Assembly (NCBI GenBank): GCA_963786955.1
Contig: CAWBAT010000005.1
Coordinates: 288,001-352,000 of the forward strand
DNA: 64,000 bases
Direction of reading: 5' to 3'
Source of the DNA: an uncultured Acidimicrobiia bacterium
GTDB taxonomy: Bacteria; Acidobacteriota; Terriglobia; Versatilivoradales; Versatilivoraceae
Part shown: positions 42,218 through 51,689 of the stretch, one piece after another
Numbering within the stretch: position 1 is the stretch's first letter
How the letters are laid out: every line of letters starts with the position of its first letter
Position numbers and translations under genes: made by a program
Notes under the pieces: model-generated
What the model was told of the DNA's origin: nothing
The model's database searches: none
Seen by the model: the letters and a program-made list of their open reading frames with translations, nothing else

Positions 42218-42559
42218 CCTTTAATCGAATGTTGCGTTTGGTGGAAAACCTGATTCTGTCTTCGTGTAGAGCCCTTGACAACTGTCACCTCAGGGCAATA
42301 AGATGCGAAGCGGTTGTGGCGCTTTTTCATCCAGCATCAGATCCGGGGTAAGGACGAAGAAGGGAGACTCGCTTCCCGATTCAGGCAAACTTTCGAGCTG
42401 TAGCCGGGCTCGCTGACCCCGGTCCCCCCGAGCAGCGCCAGCTACATCACGGACTTCTACAACTTAATGCTTGACTGGGGCATTATAGTATCTCCAGAAC
42501 TACCCACTAGGTTGAAATACCAAAAAAATTATAATTCAAACAAAAAAGGACGGTACACG

Positions 42560-43267
42560 ATGAAACAGATTTTAAAAACATCTCTCTCTTTGGGGCTTTT
42601 CTGTAGCTTGGCACTCACACAATCATTAAACGCTCAGGGAGGAAACCCCGCAGTCCAGCAGAAGGTAGAAGCCTTCAAGCAGGCGCAGGCCATGAACAAG
42701 CAGGCCCTTCAACACTACAGTTGGACGGAAACCACCCAGCTCAGTTTGAAAGGTGAAGTGAAAAGCACCAAAGTTGAAGGCTGCCAGTACGGGCCAAATG
42801 GCCAAGTGCAAAAAACCGTTATCTCCCAACCTCCGCCGCCGCAGCAGAAGCGCGGAGTCAAGGGAAGGGTGATTGAAAAGAAAACCGATGAGATGAAGGA
42901 TTATATGGAGCAGGCGGTTGCCCTCATCAAGCAGTATGTTCCGCCCTCTCCGGATAAGTTGAAGGCGGCTGCGGCTGCCGGCAACGCCTCAATTAGCCCG
43001 GCGGGAGGCGGCGTCGTTCAACTGCAGTTCAAGAATTATCTGCAGAGCGGAGACTCTTTAACTCTTGGTTTGGACCCAAACACAAATATGCTTGTACAAG
43101 TGAATGTGAACAGTTACCTGGGAGAGGCCAAAGACGCGGTGACACTCGCAGTGAATTTCCAGGCTCTTCCGGACGGCACAAGCTATTCTGCCAGCAAAAT
43201 TCTCAATGTGGCGGCCAAGCAGATCGTGGTCAATATTACCGACAGTAACTACCAGAAGCTTTTCTAG
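42560..43267 (+). CDS. Hypothetical secreted protein
   Basis: AAGGA RBS before ATG 42560, signal peptide, NKQALQHYSW, LPDGTSY, NYQK end. Confidence 0.8.
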   Translation: MKQILKTSLSLGLFCSLALTQSLNAQGGNPAVQQKVEAFKQAQAMNKQALQHYSWTETTQLSLKGEVKSTKVEGCQYGPNGQVQKTVISQPPPPQQKRGVKGRVIEKKTDEMKDYMEQAVALIKQYVPPSPDKLKAAAAAGNASISPAGGGVVQLQFKNYLQSGDSLTLGLDPNTNMLVQVNVNSYLGEAKDAVTLAVNFQALPDGTSYSASKILNVAAKQIVVNITDSNYQKLF

Positions 43268-43420
43268 TAGTTTGCTAAGAAACTCGCTTTTAGCCGGGGT
43301 CGTTGACCCCGGCCTGATTTCCGTCAACTCGCAGGCCCAACACATTCGGAAAGAGTTAGGGTTTGTCCTATTACCCCAGCCTATGGCACGACGAGATAAA
43401 GATTGATTTACGATGTAGTT

Positions 43421-43752
43421 GTAGCGCAGAGGCGCTTTTTGCCTCTGCGGCTTTGAAAGTAGCACAATACGCCCCGCAAGGTTCACTGCCGCAGACTTAG
43501 AAATCAGAGGCGCTTTTTGCCTCTGCGGCTTTAAAAGTAGCACAATACGCCCCGCAAGGTTCACTGCCGCAGACTTAGAAATCAGAGGCGCTTTTTGCCT
43601 CTGCGGCTTTAAAAGTAGCACAATACGCCCCGCAAGGTTCACTGCCGCAGACTTAGAAATCAGAGGCGCTTTTTGCCTCTGCGGCTTTAAAAGTAGCACA
43701 ATACGCCCCGCAAGGTTCACTGCCGCAGACCTAGAAATCAGGTCTGCGCTAC
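43421..43752. repeat. 78-bp x4 tandem array inside a GTAG...CTAC-bounded REP-like element
   Basis: Units start at 43428, 43506, 43584, 43662 and differ by at most one base from consensus; outer ends gtagcgcaga/tctgcgctac are inverted. Confidence 0.95.
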
Positions 43753-43931
43753 TGTTGCGGTTTTAGCCGGGATTACTAATCCCGGCTACAGCTTTGGTCA
43801 GAGCCGCCGACAGCTATAAATAATTTCTACAGCTCTAAAGAGTGGACCGAGGGTTTACGAGATGGAGTGGGATGGCGGGTCAACCCCTTCAGGATCTTAG
43901 AGCATTCCCCCGAAAGAAAGTAGACGCCGAG

Positions 43932-45038
43932 ATGACACGCAAACTTTCTTTTTTTCAAATACTCCGATGGGGCAACGCGCTTTTTATGCTCTGTCTGGTA
44001 CTGGCGCTACTCTCAACTGGCTGCGCGTTTCGGGTCGGACCAAAAACTGTGGCTCGTGACCGCTTTGATTATTCTTCTGCCATAGACACGTCGTGGAAAG
44101 AACAGATGCTGTTGAACATGGTCAGAAACCGGTATATGGATCCTCCGTTTTTCATGGATGTGACCCAGGTGGTAGCCAGTTATAACTTCGGGGGAGAGGC
44201 AGCGATCAACGCCCCGGATTGGAAGGGTAACCCCGTTGGACCTGCTGCCGGCGCCTCGGGCCATTGGACTGAGAGCCCGACCATCACCTACAGCCCCTTA
44301 GCAGGAGATCTATTCATTAAAAGCTTGCTGAAGCCGATTTCCCCGGCTTCCCTTTTTTTCCTCGTGCAGGGCGGTTGGCCCATCGATATTGTCTTTGCGG
44401 TCGCCGTAAAATCAATCAACGGATTGCATGCCGGTTCAACTATTTTGGTGCAACGGCAGGCGCCGGACCTATCATTCTATCAAGTTTTGAAATTCATGCG
44501 AGAGCTGCAGATGACAGATTCCTTTGCTCTGCGAGTCATCGAAAAGGGCGAGGGAACCAGCTTGATTTTCAAACCACGTAGTACGGACGAGGAGATGAAG
44601 GCCAAAGCACTTGAAGTCCGAAAAATGCTTGGACTCGACTTGACGGTCCACGAATTTCGGCTCGCGACAGGCGCGGTTCAAATGGACAACCACGAAATTG
44701 CCATGGTCACACGCTCCATGCTGGAGATCCTATCGGAAGCTGCCGCAGGCGTACAGATCCCCCAGAGCGATCTCGATGAAGGCCGCGCCACGAACCGAGC
44801 CCTCTTAAAGGCAGAGACTGAAGCAATACCTAAGTTTGCGATTCATGTCCACTCGGCTGACAAGAAGCCACCATCCGAGGAGGTCTACGCGGCAGTACAT
44901 TACCACGGGCACTGGTTCTGGATTGAGGATCGTGACTTGCCCTCCAAGCGAGGCATGTCCTTTATGCTTGGGCTATTCACCTTGGCCGAATCCGGACCAG
45001 TCGCGCCTCCTCCATCACTGACCATTTCCAGACCCTGA
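43932..45038 (+). CDS. Hypothetical lipoprotein
   Basis: Lipobox LSTGC; DRFDY, WKEQMLLNMVR, PTITYSPL.G, WFWI...D..SKR. Confidence 0.8.
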   Translation: MTRKLSFFQILRWGNALFMLCLVLALLSTGCAFRVGPKTVARDRFDYSSAIDTSWKEQMLLNMVRNRYMDPPFFMDVTQVVASYNFGGEAAINAPDWKGNPVGPAAGASGHWTESPTITYSPLAGDLFIKSLLKPISPASLFFLVQGGWPIDIVFAVAVKSINGLHAGSTILVQRQAPDLSFYQVLKFMRELQMTDSFALRVIEKGEGTSLIFKPRSTDEEMKAKALEVRKMLGLDLTVHEFRLATGAVQMDNHEIAMVTRSMLEILSEAAAGVQIPQSDLDEGRATNRALLKAETEAIPKFAIHVHSADKKPPSEEVYAAVHYHGHWFWIEDRDLPSKRGMSFMLGLFTLAESGPVAPPPSLTISRP

Positions 45039-45042
45039 CAAA

Positions 45043-45453
45043 GTAGCAACGGGCCTCCTGGCCTGTTGTCTGAAGTTTGGACATTTGTGCAGGCCAGAGG
45101 CCCGCACCACAAACTTGTGGTGCAGGCGTCCTCGCCTGCCCCCAAGCGGCCTGAAAGGTCGCCACTGCGGGCGGGACGCCCGCGCTCCCAGGGCAATCCC
45201 TTCTACTCTTCCAAGTCTGATTCAACCTGCCGAGATTAATTGTCGCTTCGTGGTCATGTTTCACCATTTCAAACCGAAACGCTTATTTAGATCATTGGCA
45301 GCGCTTGACTACCCTATCTGCGGCATTCTGCCTTTGACAAAATGTCCAATCTCCAGGCAGCAGGCCTTCCGCCTGTTGTCGGGGGCCAGCGGCCCCCGGC
45401 TTCAATCTTTAACTTTCCACCCACCCACGACAGGCGTGGACGCCTGTCGCTAC
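45043..45453. repeat. Cluster of REP-like hairpins between convergent genes
   Basis: Copies of the 10700 and 11050 elements plus gcgggcgggacgcccgc. Confidence 0.75.
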
Positions 45454-45466
45454 AACGCAGGTCAAG

Positions 45467-46867
45467 CTAGCGGTGGCGCCCGATCATATCTCGATACGCT
45501 TTCGCGGCAGGAGTCGAAACCCTTTGGAGATTGCCCCCTGCTTCGGCCTGAATTCGGTACAGGCCGTTGTTCCAACCTCCCTCGTAGATGAAATCTGCCA
45601 GAGGAAGAGATGCATTCTCCCGGTAATCCCATTGAATGGTGTCGAAAAGCGGCCACCAATTGACTCCTTTCAGCGGAACGTTTTGGCGATGCATTTCAGC
45701 AACCCATTCTCCCAGAGCATTGATGTACGCAACCCGGGCCTCAATGCTGCGACCGGCGCTCGTTTCGGTGAGATAAACCGGTAGATCGAAATAGCGTTGA
45801 GCTTGGACGAGTCCGGGAGTTAGAAATGCCGCCGCGTCTCGAGCCGCTTTTTCGAGTGGAATGGTTCCATCTTTCGTGAAGTCTTTCGTTCTTTGTTCCT
45901 GACTCTCACCCCAGCCGTAGGCAAAGTCCGGATAGAAGTTGTACCCTAGAATGTCTGGTTTACGCGCATTCGACCGGAACCAAGCCAGCTCCTGACTCTT
46001 CACTCCCCACTTCTCAAGGAAGGCTGCGAATGGATGCCCCGCACCAATTTTTCCATAAGCTAAAGATGCCGGGTAACAGGACGAAGCCAGAGTGAGTTCA
46101 AGTCGACTCGGATCACCATTTGGGACCCCCAGAAATTGATCCACGACGCCCATCATCCATGGATCAATGGACACGATCACGGCATCAGGGACGACCGCGC
46201 GAATCGCTTCCATTTCCAACACCACGCCTTTTGCTACCGTCACGCCAATCTTTGCCCAACCTTCTACAGTCTTTTGATAAGGCGGCCAGCGCCCGATGAG
46301 TCCACAAAATAGGCAGGTGAGCTGGGGTTCGTTGTGAGGGGAGTAATGATTCACCAATCCTTTGAAGTGAGTGGCCATCGCTCCAGCGTACTTTGCAATC
46401 GCCTCGGGGAAACGCTCGTCGATAACCCCGTCGGGCATCCAAACGGGTGTGCCGTAGTGGATTAGATCCATGATCGGAATGATTTTTAGTTTGTTTACCA
46501 GGTACTCGACCGGTTTGTCAATCCAGCTCCAATCATAAATACCCGGCTTGGGCTCAGCCTTGTACCATGGGACTGAGTAGCGAATACAGTTCACACCTGT
46601 AAACCGAAGCAGGTCCAGATCTTCCTTCCATTTGTCGTCGTGTTGCATCTGGAGGTAAACGTCGAGTAGGCGACGATTACCATCGCGTGCGGGATCGGTT
46701 TGGGCCATCCAGCAGTTCTCTATCCCGATGCCCCAATAAAATTTCGGATTAGGCAATGGAGTCGTCCGTTGGTTGGCACCAATGATTTCCGTGTTGCCCA
46801 GGAGTGCTGAACCTCCTGCCAAAAGCATGTCTTTCAGAAACTCACGTCGTGCTCTTACCGGTCTCAT
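45467..46867 (-). CDS. Tat-exported glycoside hydrolase family 1-like (clan GH-A) protein
   Basis: ARREFLK Tat motif; WGIGIEN, RYSVPW, DLIHYGTP, HNEP (acid/base), LTET (nucleophile), WWPL. Confidence 0.85.
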   Translation of the reverse strand: MRPVRARREFLKDMLLAGGSALLGNTEIIGANQRTTPLPNPKFYWGIGIENCWMAQTDPARDGNRRLLDVYLQMQHDDKWKEDLDLLRFTGVNCIRYSVPWYKAEPKPGIYDWSWIDKPVEYLVNKLKIIPIMDLIHYGTPVWMPDGVIDERFPEAIAKYAGAMATHFKGLVNHYSPHNEPQLTCLFCGLIGRWPPYQKTVEGWAKIGVTVAKGVVLEMEAIRAVVPDAVIVSIDPWMMGVVDQFLGVPNGDPSRLELTLASSCYPASLAYGKIGAGHPFAAFLEKWGVKSQELAWFRSNARKPDILGYNFYPDFAYGWGESQEQRTKDFTKDGTIPLEKAARDAAAFLTPGLVQAQRYFDLPVYLTETSAGRSIEARVAYINALGEWVAEMHRQNVPLKGVNWWPLFDTIQWDYRENASLPLADFIYEGGWNNGLYRIQAEAGGNLQRVSTPAAKAYRDMIGRHR

Positions 46868-46923
46868 CCTTCAATTCGCTCCACGCTAGGATTTGAAACT
46901 ATGAAAAACCTCACGACATAAGA

Positions 46924-47011
46924 GTAGCAACAGGCCTCCTGGCCTGTTGTCCGGCTGTAGCCGGGGAAGTTGACCCCGGCCCCGATTGCCGGGATCAACA
47001 ATCCCAGCTAA
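46924..47011. repeat. GTAG-type REP hairpins
   Basis: gtagcaacaggcctcctggcctgttg; tgtagccggggaagttgaccccggc; gccgggatcaacaatcccagcta. Confidence 0.7.
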
Positions 47012-47184
47012 AACATCATCGATTCGAGAAACGACAATCATGAACGGCTCTCGACGCTACACATCATGGGAGCATCAAGCCTGCCGGCCCAATGTCCGCG
47101 GGATTAGGCAAGGGCCGGTTCTTTTCCACCAGCAACGCGCTTCTCCAGGGGTAATCCCTCGCCTTCTTTCGGAATTCACTAAAC

Positions 47185-47756
47185 CCGTCGGCTTCCCTTG
47201 GAAAGCCTAATCATAACCTGAGAGCGACAATCCGGACATTTCTATTTCAGGTGGCCAAGTACTTTTCGGCCGAACGAATTGTGGAAAGTCATCGCTTGAA
47301 GGCAAGCGATCGACCCAAAATCACCCCAGCAACTGGACTCAGTTGAGACTGGTTCGGTCTTTTCGATCTCATCAATTTTTTTTATACATTACATCAAATT
47401 TATAAACTTGCTTTTATCCTCACTCGCCTCTAGATTACCAGCCAGACTGTCGCAGATGAGGACGGTCCATGAAATCAGTGATTGGCTAAGATTTCCGACT
47501 CTAACTAATCGTTGAAGGACAAAGGCGTCCTGGAACGGAATGCAGTATCCCCCTCCAGACGCCTTTTCTTTTTTCAGAGGTTCTTGGTCCGTTCAATGCG
47601 CCGGTGATCCGGTGGATTGGGAACAACCTAAAAGGTCATGAATCGGCGCCAGCCGGAACCCACAGGCTTCTCTTGGAAAACCCAATGATACCTGAGAGCT
47701 ACAAACCGGACTTTTCTAATTTGGTAAGAAGCGAACATTTCTAATTTGGGTGGAAA
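47185..47756 (+). mobile_element. Two degenerate IS terminal remnants (ISNCY/IS481-like end motif), no transposase
   Basis: ccggacatttctattt at 47232; ccggacttttctaatttgg and gaacatttctaatttggg at 47706-47750; both preceded by ggcttc(c/t)cttggaaa. Confidence 0.5.
47408..47574 (+). ncRNA. Candidate small RNA or attenuated leader (promoter to terminator, about 130 nt)
   Basis: TTGCTT-17-TAGATT at 47408-47436; stem aaaggcgtcctgga/tccagacgccttt followed by a T-rich tail to 47574. Confidence 0.4.
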
Positions 47757-47985
47757 TTTCATTCTATGGTGGTTGACGACGCGTGATTTGATTAGGTAGA
47801 ATTTGAAATCTTGTGCAATGAGCGGTTCAAAATAGTGATGTGCGCGTCTTGCGGATCGTTGATGCACAAGACCTGCTGCTCGACCTGAGCGACTAGTAAT
47901 TTTCGGACAATTTTCAGAAATATGGCAATGTCGAACTGAGCGTCGACACTTGCCCAATAAGATTCTTTCTTATTGAGGGGGATTG

Positions 47986-50900
47986 ATGATGCAGACTTCA
48001 TTTTCACCACTGGGCACAGTTTCTCATGGTCATCGACTCATGCGTTTGACTGCTGCATTAGGGTTACTGTTGGTGTTGGGGTTTGCACAAACAGGGCTGG
48101 CGCAAAATCAATTAAACTTTTTCAATAATTATTTTGTCACCGGCGACTATGTCGTCGGCGGCGTGGGACTGCGAGGCCTAGGGATCCAAGGTTACGCGAC
48201 AGGGGATATCATTATTCCCAATGCCTCGGGCGTGCCGGCAGGAGCCGACATTATCGCGGCCTTGCTCTACTGGCAGACTGTCGAAAGCTCACAGACAAGT
48301 TTCGCCGGGCAGCAAGGGTTTTTTCGCGGGTATTCCATCACCGGATCCGTACTGGGAAACCCGAATGCGCCGGTGTCCTGGAGTTCAGGCGGTTGCAACG
48401 GCTCATCCAGCGGGTCAAAAACGATGCGGACCTATCGTGCGGATGTCCGCCCCTATCTGCAGGTTGATGCAAAAGGGAATGTTCAGCCTAATATTTCTTA
48501 CCAGGTACGGCTGGCAGATAGTGGAAGCAGCGGCGGTGGAGTCCCTCTTACTTTGGGTGCAACCCTTGTCCTCATCTACCGGGTTCTGGACAAGAACGTT
48601 CCGCTGAACGCCATCACTATTTACGACGGCGCCTTTGCCCCGAGCAATAGCGGAGATACCATGAGCCAGAACATCCAGGGCTTTTATCAGCCTACTCAAC
48701 CTCCTGGAGGGATATCCGCGAAGCTGACCCACATCGTAGGCAACGGCCAGCCCAATAAGTTTGAGCAGGTACTTTTCAACGGAATCCCCCTTACACCTGC
48801 GAATAGTGCAGCCTTCCCTGGCATCTATAACGGCTCATGGGACAATCCCACCTGGGCGGTGAGTCAGTACATGAGTGCGGCGGATATTTCGCAGACAACC
48901 TCGGTGGTGCCGTCCGGCAGCAATGGCGGCTGTGTGTCATGGGGCGCCGTTATCCTCGGCACGACGGTCCAGAATAGTGACAAGGACGGCCTGCTGGACA
49001 TTTGGAAGACGAATTCCGGATACTGCAGCGCCGCGGTAAACGGGGGAGTGTGTAATCCTGGGGACCCCTCGTGGGTAGCTCTTCCGGGAGCGAGACTTGG
49101 GCAAAAAGACGTCTTTGTTCAGCTTGACTACATGTGCAGCGTCATCAATCCGGATGGCACCTGTAACTCGACCGGGGTTTCATATCTGCCTAGGTCCCAA
49201 GCTCTATCGATGGTGAGTAGCGCGTTCGCTGCGCACGGCATCGAGCTGCATTATGACATTAAGAATGTTGTTCCCGTGCAAGCCTGCATTGATAAACCCA
49301 CCGCCACGCCGCCGCAGTACTGTTCGTTCCCCGATCAGCCCGGAGTAGTGGGCTGGAAGGGAGGATTCGAGTTTCTCAAGAATCAGCCGCTGAACTATCC
49401 GGATGAGATCTCGTGTGAGCAGCAGCTGAGTGGCCCGTGTATAAGGCGCTTCCAGCCCGGGAGGAAGGACAGCTACCACTATGGACTTTTCGGAGCGGGT
49501 GTCGCGCGGCCGAATTGGAGCTTCCAGGATGGAACACTGGTCAGCATTATGGGTTCCGGCAACACCGCAACGTTCACCACCTCAAAGCCACACGGACTTC
49601 AAGTGTTTAACGCACAAGGCAAACCTGAACGGGTCACTATCAGCGACGCCATCACCAACCCAAACCTGTCTGGGGTTTACTTTATCCAGAGTGTCACCGA
49701 GACCAGTTTCACGGTACAGGTGGCCAATTCAACGGGTGCTGTGTATGCGTACAGCCAGTCGTCCGACCCGCATCTCTCCGTGACGTCAAGCCACGTCGGC
49801 AGTGCATCAGGTGTATCTGATATCGGAGGCGCAGACTCGCTCATCACCTTGGGATTTTGGGGACCCGACGGCCAATCAACTCAAGTTCAAGCCGGTACCT
49901 TCATGCATGAGCTGGGGCATTCGCTGGCGTTAACTCATGGGGGATACTCCTTCGACACCCCTGGCAGCTACGTAGCGACGGTCGAGCCCAACTGCAAACC
50001 AAACTTTCAGAGCGTGATGAACTACCAGTTCCAGGTGGACCTGCTGGGACCCAATGGTGCTCTTGACTTCTCGAGTCAGAAGCTGAGCGACTTAAACGAA
50101 ACCGGTCTCGCACCCACCATAACAACAACGGATGGGTCGGCGATTGCGTTTCCAACGACGAGGTGGTATGACGCTATACCGCAAAACGGAATTGGAACTG
50201 CGGCCACCCGCCACTGTGACGGCTCACCGCTATCACCACTCACTGACCCGAACCCCACGATGTATCGTTATGAGGGTCCAACGCCGCCGCCGGCGAGTTC
50301 CAGTCCAACAATACCCATTTCTTGGTCGGCTACTTCTCTGGACATTAATTTCGACGGCAAGTGGAGTGCTCTCCTTCCTGCCCCTCCCCTCCGAGGATAT
50401 AACGACTGGTCGAATATTGATCTCCGCCAGATTGGCGCGACCGGCAGCGACATTGCCGGCGGCGGCTTGCTCGGTAACGGTGGAGGCTTGCTCGGTAACG
50501 GCGGCGGGCTATTAGGCAACGGCGGAGGTTTACTAGGCAACGGTGGTGGCCTGTTAGGGAATGGCGGCGGTCTGCTGGGCAATGGTGGCGGGTTGCTTGG
50601 AAACGGCGGTGGCCTGTTGGGGAATGGTGGTGGCGTAGGAAACGGGGAGATTTCTTTTCAGACGGCCAACTCCGTAGTCCGTCCTGCCAAGAATCTAACT
50701 TCAGCCGTTACGGCACCCCCGCGCAAGATACAACTCAACTGGACGGCGCCCGGCTTTGGCCAGATCAGCTCGTATAACATTTACCGGGCCGCAAACGGAG
50801 TGCCGGTTGCTCCTCGTTACGATTCTGTCACAGGCAACCCGTTGGCAACTTCCTACCTCGACACGAACGTCACCTGCGGTCCTCTGTACACGTATTTTGT

Positions 50901-51387
50901 GACTGCAGTCCTTTCCGACGGTCGCGAGAGTGCTCCTTCGAACTCCGTGAGTCAAAAGGCCTGTGGACCGCTTTACACTTTCACCGGGTTCTTCTCCCCG
51001 CTCTCACCGGCGGGAGATAGCTCCAACTCCGGTTCGTTTAACCTGTCGAAGTCTGTCACCGCAAAATGGACGTTGCAAGACAGCAGCGGTAAGTACGTTG
51101 GCAACTTAAATGCAAATTCGTTGGTTGCTGTCGGGCCGATCCCACTGGTAAACGGAACGTGTCCGCTTCCCAGTAACGTCCCGGTGTATCTCAATTACAC
51201 GGGACCTTCTTCGATACTGTACTCGCCTTCGAGCGGCGCAAAGGGGAAAAGCACGTTCCGCATTGCCACCTCGAACAACCAGTTCATCTTTAACTGGGAC
51301 ACCTCTTCGTTTCTTCCGGGTTGCTATGTCCTCGAGTTGGATTTAGACAGCGGCCAGGTGGAGAGGACTACGCTGAAATTGCAGTAG
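47986..51387 (+). CDS. Large secreted multidomain metzincin-like protein with (GGGLLGN)8 tract, FN3 domain and PxKF-like C-terminal domain
   Basis: Signal peptide; SDKDGLLD; KDVFVQLDYM; HELGHSLALTH and SVMNY Met-turn; LNW...YNIYR...YTYFVTAV...ES..SN FN3; many Cys pairs. Confidence 0.85.
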   Translation: MMQTSFSPLGTVSHGHRLMRLTAALGLLLVLGFAQTGLAQNQLNFFNNYFVTGDYVVGGVGLRGLGIQGYATGDIIIPNASGVPAGADIIAALLYWQTVESSQTSFAGQQGFFRGYSITGSVLGNPNAPVSWSSGGCNGSSSGSKTMRTYRADVRPYLQVDAKGNVQPNISYQVRLADSGSSGGGVPLTLGATLVLIYRVLDKNVPLNAITIYDGAFAPSNSGDTMSQNIQGFYQPTQPPGGISAKLTHIVGNGQPNKFEQVLFNGIPLTPANSAAFPGIYNGSWDNPTWAVSQYMSAADISQTTSVVPSGSNGGCVSWGAVILGTTVQNSDKDGLLDIWKTNSGYCSAAVNGGVCNPGDPSWVALPGARLGQKDVFVQLDYMCSVINPDGTCNSTGVSYLPRSQALSMVSSAFAAHGIELHYDIKNVVPVQACIDKPTATPPQYCSFPDQPGVVGWKGGFEFLKNQPLNYPDEISCEQQLSGPCIRRFQPGRKDSYHYGLFGAGVARPNWSFQDGTLVSIMGSGNTATFTTSKPHGLQVFNAQGKPERVTISDAITNPNLSGVYFIQSVTETSFTVQVANSTGAVYAYSQSSDPHLSVTSSHVGSASGVSDIGGADSLITLGFWGPDGQSTQVQAGTFMHELGHSLALTHGGYSFDTPGSYVATVEPNCKPNFQSVMNYQFQVDLLGPNGALDFSSQKLSDLNETGLAPTITTTDGSAIAFPTTRWYDAIPQNGIGTAATRHCDGSPLSPLTDPNPTMYRYEGPTPPPASSSPTIPISWSATSLDINFDGKWSALLPAPPLRGYNDWSNIDLRQIGATGSDIAGGGLLGNGGGLLGNGGGLLGNGGGLLGNGGGLLGNGGGLLGNGGGLLGNGGGLLGNGGGVGNGEISFQTANSVVRPAKNLTSAVTAPPRKIQLNWTAPGFGQISSYNIYRAANGVPVAPRYDSVTGNPLATSYLDTNVTCGPLYTYFVTAVLSDGRESAPSNSVSQKACGPLYTFTGFFSPLSPAGDSSNSGSFNLSKSVTAKWTLQDSSGKYVGNLNANSLVAVGPIPLVNGTCPLPSNVPVYLNYTGPSSILYSPSSGAKGKSTFRIATSNNQFIFNWDTSSFLPGCYVLELDLDSGQVERTTLKLQ
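50458..50625 (+). repeat. Intragenic 21-bp x8 repeat encoding GGGLLGN
   Basis: Eight identical peptide units, each with a different nucleotide sequence. Confidence 0.95.
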
Positions 51388-51474
51388 GCTTGTTTCCAAG
51401 CTGCATTCAACCGGCGACTTTTTGGATTTTCCTCTGCTGGAAACTGTGAAAAATTTAGAAATTGCGCGCAAGCG

Positions 51475-51550
51475 CCGCGTGGGGTCACGCGGCCTACAAT
51501 GATTCGAAATGCCTTTCAGACGCGTTGTAGGCCCGATGACCTTACCGGGC
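51475..51550. repeat. REP doublet (CTAC...GTAG), related to 58280-58357
   Basis: cacgcggcctacaat...gttgtaggcc shared with the 58.3 kb copy. Confidence 0.7.
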
Positions 51551-51689
51551 ATAGCTTTTTCACAGCTTCAGGAGTGTAGGGGTGGGTCCCTCAGCGAAAT
51601 AAAGGCGGGCACGTATGCCCTCTCGCCAAGTGGTAGTCATGCGCGCCGCTGAGTGTTAATCCGTGGGCACACAGGGTTTTCATACGTTT

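Noticed and set aside
43058-43720. 220-aa minus-strand ORF with 26-aa repeats
   Set aside because: Arises because 78 is divisible by 3; it starts inside the repeat and overlaps a real gene antisense.
43428-43739. Possible CRISPR array
   Set aside because: Whole 78-bp units are near-identical, with no unique spacers, and no cas genes are present.
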